NCBI GenBank assembly: GCA_964388435.1
Contig: CAYMAH010000029.1
Coordinates: forward strand, 1-51,069
DNA from: Candidatus Micrarchaeota archaeon
GTDB lineage: Archaea; Micrarchaeota; Micrarchaeia; Norongarragalinales; UBA8480
Length of the DNA stretch: 51,069 nt
Direction of reading: 5' to 3'
Of the stretch, positions 39,401 to 49,135 are shown one piece after another. Below the pieces are notes generated by a model. That model was not told where the DNA came from, searched no databases, and saw only the letters and a program-made list of their open reading frames with translations. Each line of letters opens with the position of its first letter. The stretch's first letter is position 1. A program made the translations under genes and the position numbers.

Positions 39401-41988
39401 AAATGAAAATCCGCGAAATCGAAGAGGAGAAATATGATTTTAAGACAAGTTCAAAGCCATTACTCAAGCTTAAAGGCTTGACAAGAGAGAACATAGAAAA
39501 AATTTCAAGGGCAAAGAACGAGCCCGACTGGATGAAAAATTTAAGGCTTGACGCTTTCGAGGTTTTCAAGTCAAAACCGCTTCCAAAATGGGGCATAGCT
39601 GATTTGGAGAAAATAAACTTCAATAATTTTGACTATTATTTAAAGCCAGAGGATCAACCTTCAATAAAATGGAGTGAAGTGCCGAAAGAAATAAAAAAAA
39701 CATTTGAAAAACTCGGCATTCCGCAAGCGGAAAGAACCGTTCTTGGAGGGGTGGTCGCGCAATACGAAAGCGAGAGCGTTTACAACAGTCTGAGAAAAGA
39801 ATTGTCAGAAAAAGGAGTTATTTTCATCGACACTGACGCTGCTGTTAAAAAATACCCTGAATTAATCAAGAAACACTTCATGAAATGCGTTCCTGTTAAT
39901 GATAACAAGTTTTCAGCGTTGCACGCCAGCGTCTGGAGCGGAGGGGCTTTTGTCTACGTTCCAAAAAATGTTACTGTTGAACTTCCTTTGCAAAGCTATT
40001 TCAGGATGAATGCTGAAAGGGAGGGTCAGTTCGAGCACACTATAATAATCGCCGATGAAGGAAGCAAAGTTCATTATCTCGAAGGGTGTTTTATACGCGG
40101 AACCGAAATTCTAACGGATAATGAAGAAAAACCTATAGAAAATATTAAAGTTGGCGATAAAGTACTCACGCATAAAGGAAATTATAAAAAAGTTTATAAC
40201 ATTCAAAGAATAATTTATACTGGAAAATTGTATACTATAAAATATTATGGTGATGCGTCACTTGGTATAAATGTAACAAGTGAGCATCCCTTTCTCGCTG
40301 TAAGAAAGCAAAAAAACGAATACAAGAACATAACCTGGAAAGTTGAATGGATAAGCGCCAAAGAACTTAAAAAATCAGACTATCTTGCTATACCTATTGA
40401 TAAATTTACAAGTGCAGTAACTGAAAGAGAATTTCAAATTCCAATGAATATTAACGGCAAGACTGGTATGAGTTTAAGTTTGGAAAACAAAAAAATGAAA
40501 ACAGATGAAGGTTTTTTCAGACTAGCGGGCTATTATCTATCGGAAGGCAGTGTTTCAGGCAAAACTGACAATATGATTACATTCACCTTCAATAAGAATG
40601 AAAAGCAGTACATTGAAGACACCGCAAATCTTATAGAAAAATATCTTAGAAAAAATCCAAAAATACAAAAGGAATACAAGAATGGCGTAACTGTATGTGT
40701 TTATTCTTCCATTGCAGCTAGATTGTTCAAACAACTTTTCGGAAAGGGCGCTGCAAATAAAACAATTCCAAAGTGGATGATGCATGAATCATTAGAAAAA
40801 CAAAAAGATCTTGTTAAAGGAATATGGAGGGGGGATGGAAGCTTCGTGAATAAAAATTATTCTTATGGAGTAAAGAGAATGTTTAGAATAAATACAGTTT
40901 CAAGGGTTCTTGCAAGGCAATTAAGAAGCATTCTGTTAAGACTTGGCGTTTTTGCTTCTATAAATGTGCAAAGAAGAATTGGAAAAAGAAGAATTGGAAA
41001 AAGAAGAAACATGTATTGCCTGTACATAGGCGGTGAAAATGTAATCAAATTTGCAAGTATTATTGGCATAACTGAAAGAGCAGTTGCGTCTTCAAGAAAC
41101 ACAAAAATGTTGTTATTAAATGACCTAAATGAGTTTAAAACCACATCATCTTTTACTAAGATATCCGGTAATTATGCGTTTGTTCCAATAAAAAGCATTG
41201 CCTGCGAAGAAGTGGTTGATTTGTCAGTTTATAATTTTAGTGTGAAAAATGATGAAAGTTATGTGGCTGGAGGGGTAGCAGTGCATAACTGCACTGCCCC
41301 GAAGTACACCCTTGCATCGCTTCACAGCGCGGTTGTTGAGATTTATGTAAAAGAAAACGCTTCTGTCAAATACACGACTGTTCAAAACTGGAGCAAGAAC
41401 GTCTACAATCTAAACACGAAAAGGGCGATTGTCGAAAAGAACGGTTTCATGGAATGGGTTGGCGGAAGCATTGGATCAAAAGTTTCAATGCTCTACCCCG
41501 CAAGCGTTTTAATAGGAGAGAATGCCAAGGCAAGCCACCTCACCATAACCCTTGCTTCCAAGAACACAGTCAAAGAGGGAGGAGCCAAGGTGATTCACAA
41601 CGCTCCAAACACCTCATCGAAAATAATATCGAAAAGCATCAGCATCGGCGGGGAAACCGCCTACAGAGGAATTGTAAGAATAAACAAAGGAGCCGAGAAC
41701 TCTTTCTCGTCAGTAAGATGCGATGGTCTGGTGATAGGAAAAAACTCCAAAGCGCAAACCTTTCCCCACATGGAAGTTTTCGAAAAACAATCATCAGTTT
41801 CTCATGAGGCTAAAATCGGAAAAATAAAAGATGACGAGCTTTTCTACCTTCAAACAAGAGGCTTGAACGAAAAAGAAGCTACCGGCTTGGCGGTGCTTGG
41901 GTTTTTAGACGACGTGATGAAAGAAATACCGTTGGAATACGCTTTAGAGCTCAACAAACTTATCGAGCTCGAGATAGAGGGAATGTAG
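39397..41988 (+). CDS. sufB: Fe-S cluster assembly protein SufB, interrupted by an in-frame intein
   Basis: The exteins read ...EGSKVHYLEG / CTAPKYTLASLHSAVVEIYV...DDELFYLQTRGLNEKEA. They total 462 aa, a normal SufB length. Confidence 0.92.
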   Translation: MKMKIREIEEEKYDFKTSSKPLLKLKGLTRENIEKISRAKNEPDWMKNLRLDAFEVFKSKPLPKWGIADLEKINFNNFDYYLKPEDQPSIKWSEVPKEIKKTFEKLGIPQAERTVLGGVVAQYESESVYNSLRKELSEKGVIFIDTDAAVKKYPELIKKHFMKCVPVNDNKFSALHASVWSGGAFVYVPKNVTVELPLQSYFRMNAEREGQFEHTIIIADEGSKVHYLEGCFIRGTEILTDNEEKPIENIKVGDKVLTHKGNYKKVYNIQRIIYTGKLYTIKYYGDASLGINVTSEHPFLAVRKQKNEYKNITWKVEWISAKELKKSDYLAIPIDKFTSAVTEREFQIPMNINGKTGMSLSLENKKMKTDEGFFRLAGYYLSEGSVSGKTDNMITFTFNKNEKQYIEDTANLIEKYLRKNPKIQKEYKNGVTVCVYSSIAARLFKQLFGKGAANKTIPKWMMHESLEKQKDLVKGIWRGDGSFVNKNYSYGVKRMFRINTVSRVLARQLRSILLRLGVFASINVQRRIGKRRIGKRRNMYCLYIGGENVIKFASIIGITERAVASSRNTKMLLLNDLNEFKTTSSFTKISGNYAFVPIKSIACEEVVDLSVYNFSVKNDESYVAGGVAVHNCTAPKYTLASLHSAVVEIYVKENASVKYTTVQNWSKNVYNLNTKRAIVEKNGFMEWVGGSIGSKVSMLYPASVLIGENAKASHLTITLASKNTVKEGGAKVIHNAPNTSSKIISKSISIGGETAYRGIVRINKGAENSFSSVRCDGLVIGKNSKAQTFPHMEVFEKQSSVSHEAKIGKIKDDELFYLQTRGLNEKEATGLAVLGFLDDVMKEIPLEYALELNKLIELEIEGM
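40087..41289 (+). mobile_element. Intein (401 aa) with LAGLIDADG homing endonuclease domain in SufB
   Basis: Starts CFIRGTEILTDNEEKPIENIKVGDKV (block A), then VTSEHPF (block B). LAGYYLSEGSV and KGIWRGDGSF are LAGLIDADG motifs. Ends VYNFSV...VAGGVAVHN, followed by the +1 Cys of CTAP. Confidence 0.9.
40972..41001 (+). repeat. 15-nt in-frame tandem duplication inside the intein
   Basis: AGAAGAATTGGAAAA occurs twice, encoding RRIGK-RRIGK. Confidence 0.9.
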
Positions 41989-42002
41989 GTGTTGAAAAAA
42001 AA

Positions 42003-42665
42003 ATGCTTGAATTGAAAAATGTAAGCGTGTCGGTTGGAGAAAAAAAGCTAGTCGGGGAAATTTCATTGAAAATAAGAAAAGGAGAAATTCACTTCCTTAT
42101 GGGACCTAACGGAAGTGGCAAGTCCAGCCTGGCCATGGCCATAGCGGGAAAAAAAGACTATTTGTTGAAAGGAGAGGTGTTGATTGAAAACGAAAAAATA
42201 AACTCAATGCCTCCGGATGAAAAGGCGAGAAAAGGCTTATTCATAGGATTTCAAAACCCGGTTGAAATACCCGGCGTGAGTTATGAAGCGTTTTTAAATA
42301 GAATCTCAAAAAAGCCCGTTGAAAAAAACATTTTAGAAATGATAAAAAACAGAAGTTTAAATGAAGGATTTTCAGGAGGGGAGAAGAAAAAACTTGAAAT
42401 CGCGCAAATGCTGCTGTTAAACCCGAAAATAGCGGTTCTAGACGAGCCTGACTCCGGCATGGATGTGGATTCTATAAAAAAAATATCCTCTCTTATACTG
42501 AAACAATCAAAAAACACCGGGTTTCTGATAATAACCCATTATGACAGGCTATTGAAATTCCTGAAACCAGATTTTGTCCATGTAATGATAAACGGAAAAA
42601 TTACAACCGGAGGGCGGGAAATGGCTGAAAAAATCCAGGAGAAAGGATTCAAGGGGTTACACTGA
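42003..42665 (+). CDS. sufC: Fe-S cluster assembly ATPase SufC
   Basis: LELKNVSVSV, Walker A GPNGSGKSS, signature FSGGEKKK, Walker B AVLDEPDSGMD. Confidence 0.88.
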   Translation: MLELKNVSVSVGEKKLVGEISLKIRKGEIHFLMGPNGSGKSSLAMAIAGKKDYLLKGEVLIENEKINSMPPDEKARKGLFIGFQNPVEIPGVSYEAFLNRISKKPVEKNILEMIKNRSLNEGFSGGEKKKLEIAQMLLLNPKIAVLDEPDSGMDVDSIKKISSLILKQSKNTGFLIITHYDRLLKFLKPDFVHVMINGKITTGGREMAEKIQEKGFKGLH

Positions 42666-42667
42666 AA

Positions 42668-43498
42668 ATGTTCGACTCGCCATTCCACTACAAATACACC
42701 AAAGAAGACAGGATAAAAATATCAAAGCAATCTTCAATTCAAACAACAAAGTTGAATCAAACCAAAAAAGCACTGAAAACAAAAAACAGCATCTTAAAAA
42801 TTCAAAAAAAAATAAAACAAAAAAAGCTTCTGGTTGACAAAAAATCTGAAATAACCTCAAACCTTGACGGGGGAGCTATAACTCACTTTGTTGAAGCCAG
42901 CGGGTTTGAATCGTTTTTTAAGTTAAAAATGTCAGATGCAAGCAGTTTGATTGAAATCCAATGCACAAAAAAAAGCAGCGTCAACCTAAAGCAGCGGTTT
43001 TCAGGTTTTTCATCCATCAACTTCAACGTGGAAAAAAACGCAGAGCTTGAAATAAACATTTATTCAGAATCTCGAAAAACATCGCTTTTAAACATAGTGG
43101 GAGTCAATAAGGGACTGGTGAGAATTTTCATTTCAAACCTTGCCAAAGGAAGTCACTCCGACGTGTTGTTTGACGTTGAAAACCACGGTTTGGCAAGCGT
43201 TTTACTAAAATCGGTTGTTTTCAAAAGCCTGAGTGTGAAAGGAACGGATACGTTGAAAGGAAGCGGAACTGGGGAAACTCAAGTCAAAGCCCTGCTTTTG
43301 GGTGAAGATTCAAGAGTCAACCTTCTTCCGTCAGCTTCAATTCAAAACAGCGGATCATTCTTCTCCCACTCGGCAAGCGTTGAGCGGATAAACGATGACG
43401 AGCTTTTCTACCTTCAGACAAGAAAATTTAAAAGGCAAGAAGCCGAAAAAATCATCTGGCAGGGGTTTCTAAAAAACAACGCAGGTGACTTAAAATGA
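42668..43498 (+). CDS. sufD: SufD-like Fe-S assembly protein (divergent, short)
   Basis: C-terminal NDDELFYLQTRKFKRQEAEKIIWQGFL is the SufB/D family tail. Positioned between sufC and sufS. Lys-rich N-terminus. Confidence 0.65.
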   Translation: MFDSPFHYKYTKEDRIKISKQSSIQTTKLNQTKKALKTKNSILKIQKKIKQKKLLVDKKSEITSNLDGGAITHFVEASGFESFFKLKMSDASSLIEIQCTKKSSVNLKQRFSGFSSINFNVEKNAELEINIYSESRKTSLLNIVGVNKGLVRIFISNLAKGSHSDVLFDVENHGLASVLLKSVVFKSLSVKGTDTLKGSGTGETQVKALLLGEDSRVNLLPSASIQNSGSFFSHSASVERINDDELFYLQTRKFKRQEAEKIIWQGFLKNNAGDLK

Positions 43499-44697
43499 AT
43501 GTTGAAAAAATAAGAGAAGACTTTCCAATACTCAAAACCAAAATGAACGGCCACCCGCTGAACTATCTTGACAACGCGGCAACCACTCAAAAACCAGTTC
43601 AGGTTATCGAAGAGATAGGCAGGTTTTACAGAAAAACAAACGCAAACATCAGAAGGGGAGTCTACAAACTGAGCGAGGAAGCAACGCTGGAGTATGAGCA
43701 GACAAGAGAAGCGACAGCAAAACTCTTAAACGCAGATAAAAGCGAAATAATCTTCACCAGAAACACTACCGAGTCGATAAACCTGGTTGCGTACTGCTTT
43801 GAAGGGGAAATAAAAAAAAACGATTCCATTCTCTTAACAGACATGGAGCACCACAGCAATATAGTGCCGTGGTATTTGATAGCGGGAAAAAAAGGCGCCA
43901 AGCTGAAGAAGATACCCTTTGATAAAAACGGTTTTCTCGACATGGATAAAGCAGAGAAAATGATTGAAGAAAAACCGGTTTTCTTGGCCGTGACGCAGGC
44001 TTCCAACGTTCTGGGAACGATAAACAATATTGAAAAACTATCCAAAACCGCTAAGAAAAATGGGGTTAAAATTCTCATTGACGCGGCTCAGTCGGCCCCT
44101 CACATGCGAATAAACATTAAAAAAATAAAACCAGACTTTCTGGCTTTCTCAGCGCACAAAATGCTCGGGCCTTTAGGAGTTGGAGTTTTGTACGGAAGGA
44201 AACAACTGCTCGAGTCAATGCCTCCCTTCATGGGAGGAGGGGAGATGATAGAAGATGTTTCAAAAGAAATAACATTTGCAGAACCACCCGTAAAGTTTGA
44301 GGCTGGAACCCCAAACATTGAAGGAGTGGTGGCGTTCAAAAAAGCAATTGAATACCTTCAAAAAACCGGCTTTGAAAATATTGAAAAGCACGAGAAAAAA
44401 CTATTGAAAACCGCTTTCGAAGAATTGACAGAAATAAAAGGCATTAAAATCCACGGGCCGACGGGTGTTCAAAAAAGAACCGGGTTAATCTCCTTTTCGA
44501 TTTCAGGGCATCATCCCCACGATATCGCCGAACTTCTTTCAAAAAAGGGAATCGCCGTTAGGGCGGGGCACCACTGCGCGCAGCCATTGATGGAAAAACT
44601 AGGCGAAAACGCCAGCACCAGAGCCAGCTTTTATCTATACAACACTGAAGAAGAAGTTGAAAATTTTGTCAAAAAGTTAAAGGAGATTGTAAAATGA
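43495..44697 (+). CDS. sufS: Cysteine desulfurase SufS (class V aminotransferase)
   Basis: LNYLDNAATTQKP..., PLP lysine FSAHKMLGPLGVGVLYG, and RAGHHCAQPL active-site Cys loop. Confidence 0.9.
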   Translation: MNVEKIREDFPILKTKMNGHPLNYLDNAATTQKPVQVIEEIGRFYRKTNANIRRGVYKLSEEATLEYEQTREATAKLLNADKSEIIFTRNTTESINLVAYCFEGEIKKNDSILLTDMEHHSNIVPWYLIAGKKGAKLKKIPFDKNGFLDMDKAEKMIEEKPVFLAVTQASNVLGTINNIEKLSKTAKKNGVKILIDAAQSAPHMRINIKKIKPDFLAFSAHKMLGPLGVGVLYGRKQLLESMPPFMGGGEMIEDVSKEITFAEPPVKFEAGTPNIEGVVAFKKAIEYLQKTGFENIEKHEKKLLKTAFEELTEIKGIKIHGPTGVQKRTGLISFSISGHHPHDIAELLSKKGIAVRAGHHCAQPLMEKLGENASTRASFYLYNTEEEVENFVKKLKEIVK

Positions 44698-45032
44698 ATG
44701 TTTATGACCATTTTAAGCAGCCCCACAATGTTGGAACAATCAAAAAGGCTTTGAAAGCAACGGTCAAAAACCGTTTGTGCGGAGACGAGCTCACCTTGTA
44801 CTTAAAAATAAACAATAAAGTTGAAGACGCGAAGTTCAAGGCCAACGCTTGCATGCTCTGCCAGGCTTCGGCATCGCTTTTAACGGATTATGTCAAGGGT
44901 TTAAACGTTGGGAAATTGAAAAAAATAAACGACAAAACAATTTTCAAACTTCTAGGATTTGCCCCAACCCCCTCAAGAACGGACTGTGCCTTACTTTCGC
45001 TGAAAGCGCTTAAAAAAATAACGCAAGGCTAG
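44694..45032 (+). CDS. sufU: SufU/IscU-like sulfur acceptor/scaffold
   Basis: YDHFKQPHNVG...NRLCGDELTLYLK...ANACMLCQASASLL...SRTDCALLSL (three conserved Cys). Confidence 0.75.
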   Translation: MNVYDHFKQPHNVGTIKKALKATVKNRLCGDELTLYLKINNKVEDAKFKANACMLCQASASLLTDYVKGLNVGKLKKINDKTIFKLLGFAPTPSRTDCALLSLKALKKITQG

Positions 45033-45036
45033 TTAA

Positions 45037-45216
45037 CTAACCGTAATTGCTTAGATTGTTTGTAATATTTATAATATAACTAGACGTGTTGCTCGACTGG
45101 TTCATGACAGGAGCCATCACCACGTTCTTAACGAGAATCGCCACTATTATTATAAACAGTATAGCCGCTGAAATAAGCAGTATGTACTCCAAACTCGCCT
45201 GAGCCTTGCTTTCCAT
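45037..45216 (-). CDS. Orphan small type IV pilin, 59 aa; not in ORF track
   Basis: Own translation: MESKA|QASLEYILLISAAILFIIIVAILVKNVVMAPVMNQSSNTSSYIINITNNLSNYG-stop. Same KAQ-x-SLEYILL motif as the pilin at 27642..27857. Confidence 0.65.
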   Translation of the reverse strand: MESKAQASLEYILLISAAILFIIIVAILVKNVVMAPVMNQSSNTSSYIINITNNLSNYG

Positions 45217-45267
45217 AATTATAATCTAAAAACAAACAAATTAAAAAACACTACTCTTTTAAAATAA

Positions 45268-45414
45268 ATGGTAAAACAAGTCAACGGATTATTTCAATGC
45301 GAAAAATGCTTTTTGTTCTTCAAGGAAAAAGAACGGGCTGAAAAACGCGAGGACTGGAACTCCAAACACAACTCCTACAACCTTGAAATAGTAAAACACG
45401 GAGCAATATTATAA
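45268..45414 (+). CDS. Possible small protein (48 aa), Cys/His containing
   Basis: Own translation: MVKQVNGLFQCEKCFLFFKEKERAEKREDWNSKHNSYNLEIVKHGAIL-stop. CxxC plus two His, not a canonical C2H2 spacing. Weak. Confidence 0.25.
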   Translation: MVKQVNGLFQCEKCFLFFKEKERAEKREDWNSKHNSYNLEIVKHGAIL

Positions 45415-45527
45415 TTTATAAAATTACACGCGTCCGTTAATCTCAATTGAACGTTGAAAGCGCGGGCATGGAATAAAAAATCTCGGCATAATTTAATAAG
45501 ATTATAATGACAATAAAAAAAATTGAA

Positions 45528-46589
45528 TTAATCCATCATTTTCAAGTAAAGCCTTTCCAACGCTTCCACGCTATCCTCTATCTTTCTCTTTGAAACTTCA
45601 ATCAAAGCCTGCTTCTTCAACTCTTTGTACCTTTTCTTGTTTTCAAACAATTCCTCAACACCGTCGACAAATTCATCCACGTTCCTGCATCTAATTCCCG
45701 CCTTTCCAACAACCTCGTCCAAAACAGGATCGTCGCTGACAATCAACGGCTTGCCACTCGCCATCGCTTCCTGAGCAACCAAACCCTCGGTTTCAGCCTG
45801 CGAAGGCATCATAACAAAATTGGATGCATGATAAGCATCCACGATATCCTGCCTTGCAATCCTTCCAATAAAATGAACATTCGGAGGTTTTTCAAGACTG
45901 TCCAGCATTATGCCCGTTCCCGCGATGACAAAATGTCTGTGAGGAAGTTTTTTAGCCGCTTGAATAATCCACCCCGGCCTTTTTGAAGCGTCCACCCTGC
46001 CGACAAACAAAGCAAAATCCTTCACGTGAAATTTTTCTTCAAATCTTTTAGGATTCCCTTTTTTGAATTCTTCAAGCTTCATTCCGTTTGCAATGACATG
46101 AATGGGTTTTTTCACCCCCTTTCCCTTAAACATTCCGGCGCCCACGTGCGTCTGGCAAATCACAACATCGAAAAGATTCAAAAACCAAACCTCGAAATCC
46201 CACCCCGCTCCAACAAAAAGCTCTGGTTGCTTCTGCCCGAAAAACCATTCAAGCGTGTGCTGAGGAAGAAAATGAGCGGTTACAATCTTGGGAACTTCAT
46301 ACTTAGCCGCGTGCAGCCCCAGCATGTAAGGACTGTGGGCGTGAACCAAATCGCACTCCTTCCTAACGGTTGGAAGAATAATATCATAATCAGGAGTGGT
46401 TGGACTTTTAATGTAAGGAAGAGAAACTGTGTTAAAATTATGAGGCTTTAAAACCCTTCCAGTGTAAACAGTCAACTCCATCCTTTTGCCAAGATAAGGA
46501 GCTATATTGTCAATGTACTGAGCAACCCCATTATTCTGCTCCAAGGTGTCGGAAAACCACGCTATCCTCTTGAACTTAAGCTTGTTCAT
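45528..46589 (-). CDS. Glycosyltransferase, GT4 family (GT-B fold)
   Basis: C-terminal EX7E-type region SQAETEGLVAQEAMASGKPLIVSD. N-terminal GT-B half with VHAHSPY. Confidence 0.82.
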   Translation of the reverse strand: MNKLKFKRIAWFSDTLEQNNGVAQYIDNIAPYLGKRMELTVYTGRVLKPHNFNTVSLPYIKSPTTPDYDIILPTVRKECDLVHAHSPYMLGLHAAKYEVPKIVTAHFLPQHTLEWFFGQKQPELFVGAGWDFEVWFLNLFDVVICQTHVGAGMFKGKGVKKPIHVIANGMKLEEFKKGNPKRFEEKFHVKDFALFVGRVDASKRPGWIIQAAKKLPHRHFVIAGTGIMLDSLEKPPNVHFIGRIARQDIVDAYHASNFVMMPSQAETEGLVAQEAMASGKPLIVSDDPVLDEVVGKAGIRCRNVDEFVDGVEELFENKKRYKELKKQALIEVSKRKIEDSVEALERLYLKMMD

Positions 46590-46672
46590 TGTAATTTCTT
46601 ACTTGAACAGTTAATAAAAATCTTTCTCTTTGAATTCTTTTAACATTATAAGAAGAAAGTCCTTTGCGCAAG

Positions 46673-47089
46673 TTAAATGGCTTCGACTTCCATTTCTCTT
46701 ACGCGCATAAAGTGTTTATCTCGAGTTATAACTCTTTTAATCCCGCGCTCTAACGCGCAAGCGCAGTGTATTGCATCGCTTGGATCAAGGGCGTAATTTT
46801 CTCTTAGTGTTTGACTTTTTGAAATGACGTTCTCGTCGATGCTGATAAATCTAAGATTTGGAAAAGTGATTAGCTTTCTGCCAGCGGCCAGCGAGTCGGC
46901 CTTGCCCATCATCTTGAAAATAATCCACGTAACCTCGTCCCACGTCAATGTTGAAGTATAAGCTATTATTTCTCCCTTCTCTATTTTTATTAGCACGTTT
47001 CTGACATTTTCATACTTACTATCTTCATATAAAATCGAAGTTATAAAAACGTTTGAATCAATGTAGAATGCTTCTTTCATATCTCTCAC
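46673..47089 (-). CDS. vapC: PIN-domain toxin VapC
   Basis: FYIDSNVFI (first acidic residue), TWDEV, and DPSDAIHCACAL (PIN acidic residues). Confidence 0.8.
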   Translation of the reverse strand: MRDMKEAFYIDSNVFITSILYEDSKYENVRNVLIKIEKGEIIAYTSTLTWDEVTWIIFKMMGKADSLAAGRKLITFPNLRFISIDENVISKSQTLRENYALDPSDAIHCACALERGIKRVITRDKHFMRVREMEVEAI

Positions 47090-47321
47090 CGAGTATTTTT
47101 TTAATGTTAACCTCCTTCTTTAATTTTTTAGAATACGTGTTTGTAAAATAATCAATATACGATTCTGTTATTGGTTTAGCCGAATAAACCAGAATATTTT
47201 GATCCCTAAGCGTAATCAAAACCTCCGAACCCTCCCTTAGACAAAGTTCGTTTCTTATTTCCTTAGGAATTACCACCTGCCCTTTTGGGCCTATTTTCAT
47301 TCTTCTTTCAATTTTTTCCAT
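47058..47321 (-). CDS. vapB: AbrB/SpoVT-type antitoxin VapB
   Basis: MKIGPKGQVVIPKEIRNELCLREGSEVLITL. Overlaps the vapC start by 32 nt. Confidence 0.78.
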   Translation of the reverse strand: MEKIERRMKIGPKGQVVIPKEIRNELCLREGSEVLITLRDQNILVYSAKPITESYIDYFTNTYSKKLKKEVNIKKILGERYERSILH

Positions 47322-47408
47322 ATGCTAGTTATACGTATAACTATTATTTATACTTTTTTGATTGAAGAAAAGAAGATTAAAAATTGAAATTCACGATCAC
47401 GGGATTTT

Positions 47409-48344
47409 CTAACGTAAAATTTTTTCAATTCTTTTGCCTATTTTATTAGAGCTTAAACCGTATAAATCTAAAAGTTCTGAAGCGCTCCCGCTTGTACCAA
47501 ATTTATCCTCCACCCCAATCCTGTAAACAGGAATTTTTTCAGTGCTTAAAACCTCGCTTACGGCGCCTCCCATTCCCCCGCTTACCTGATGCTCTTCAAC
47601 AGTTAAAACCCCGCCCGTTTTAACCGCAGAGTCAAGTATCGTTTTCTTGTCAATAGGCTTTATTGTGTGATTGTTGATTAACTCGGCTTTTATTCCCTTC
47701 TTTTCAAGCTCTTCAACCGCTTTCAAAGACTGAAAAACCATGTTGCCGCATGCTATGACAGTTAGATCTGAACCCTCTTTCAAAACGTTTGCCTTTCCTA
47801 TTTTGAAACTGCTTTCCATCGTGACCTGAGGAAATTTCTCCCTTCCAAGCCTCAAATAAGCGGGGTTTTTCGTTTTTGAGGTTTCAATCGTAGCCTTTTC
47901 GGCTTCAACAGCGTCTGCGGGAACGATGACATTCATTCCAGGCAGCACTCTTGTCAGAGCAATGTCCTCCAAAGCCTGGTGCGTGGCTCCATCCTCTCCA
48001 GTGGTGATTCCAGCATGAGAACTTGCAATCTTGACATTTGCCTTATTATAACAAATCGAAACCCTCAGCTGATTCCAGTTTATTGAGGGGCTGAAAGAAG
48101 CGAAGGAAGTTATGAAAGGAATTTTTCCCTCCAAGGCCAATCCCGCGGCCACGCCTGCAAGATTCTGCTCGGCAACTCCAACATCAAAATACCTTTCGGG
48201 AAACCTCTTTTTGAATTCCTCCAGTCTTAGAGACTCGCTCAGGTCGGCGCTCAAAGCCAGCACGCTCTTGTTTTTTCTTGCCGCTTCGACAATCCCCTTG
48301 CCAAAACCATCCCTTGAAGCCCTCTGATCCTTAAAATCAATCAT
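47409..48344 (-). CDS. tktB: Transketolase, C-terminal (pyrimidine-binding) subunit
   Basis: SRDGFGKGIVEAA...FDVGVAEQNLAGVAAGLALEGKIPF...GEDGATHQALEDIA. Confidence 0.9.
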   Translation of the reverse strand: MIDFKDQRASRDGFGKGIVEAARKNKSVLALSADLSESLRLEEFKKRFPERYFDVGVAEQNLAGVAAGLALEGKIPFITSFASFSPSINWNQLRVSICYNKANVKIASSHAGITTGEDGATHQALEDIALTRVLPGMNVIVPADAVEAEKATIETSKTKNPAYLRLGREKFPQVTMESSFKIGKANVLKEGSDLTVIACGNMVFQSLKAVEELEKKGIKAELINNHTIKPIDKKTILDSAVKTGGVLTVEEHQVSGGMGGAVSEVLSTEKIPVYRIGVEDKFGTSGSASELLDLYGLSSNKIGKRIEKILR

Positions 48345-49135
48345 TCAACACTCAACTCTTTCAACGCCTGGTTCCTTTCCTTTTCGTTTGGAGCCTTACC
48401 GTGCCATTCAAAGCGATTCTCCATAAAACTAACTCCCTTTCCAGGAATGGTGTTCGCTATCACCACCGTTGGCTTTCCCTTTACTCTTGTCTTCAGTTTT
48501 TTCATATCATCAAAATCGTGGCCGTTGATTTCAACAACATTCCAGTTGAAAGCCTCGTATTTCCTTCTAATGCTTTCAAGAGGCATTATCTCTTCAGTGA
48601 AACCGCTCAACTGAATTCTATTCCTGTCGATAATCGCGGTTAGATTGTCAAGTTCGTACTTTGCAGCGAACATCACCGCCTCCCACGTAGAACCTTCATC
48701 CTGCTCTCCGTCGCTCATCATGCAATAAACGTGATGTTTTTCACCTTCGATTTTCGCCTTCAACGCCATGCCGCACGCCACGGACAAACCCAAGCCCAGC
48801 GGGCCTACGCTTGTTTCAACTCCGGGAAGCGAGCCTCTTTCAGGATGGCCCTGCAGTCCGTTCAACTTTCTAAGTGTTTTAAGTTTCTTTTTGTCAAAAA
48901 AACCCCTATCACTCAAAACAGCGTACAGGGAGGGGCACACGTGACCGTTGGATAAAACAAATCTGTCTCTTTCATTCCATTTTGGCTTTGAAGGATTCAA
49001 CTTCAAAACCTTGTAGTATAAGTAAACGAGCAGGTCTGTCACTCCAAGCGAGCCTCCAGGATGCCCGGAACCGGCATTGTAAATCATGTCGATAATTTCA
49101 ATTCTGATTCTTCTTGCCCTTTCCTTCAAATTCAA
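48341..49135 (-). CDS. tktA: Transketolase, N-terminal (TPP-binding) subunit
   Basis: GSGHPGGSLGVTDLL...DRFVLSNGH...MSDGEQDEGSTWEA...IIDRN. Confidence 0.9.
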   Translation of the reverse strand: MNLKERARRIRIEIIDMIYNAGSGHPGGSLGVTDLLVYLYYKVLKLNPSKPKWNERDRFVLSNGHVCPSLYAVLSDRGFFDKKKLKTLRKLNGLQGHPERGSLPGVETSVGPLGLGLSVACGMALKAKIEGEKHHVYCMMSDGEQDEGSTWEAVMFAAKYELDNLTAIIDRNRIQLSGFTEEIMPLESIRRKYEAFNWNVVEINGHDFDDMKKLKTRVKGKPTVVIANTIPGKGVSFMENRFEWHGKAPNEKERNQALKELSVE

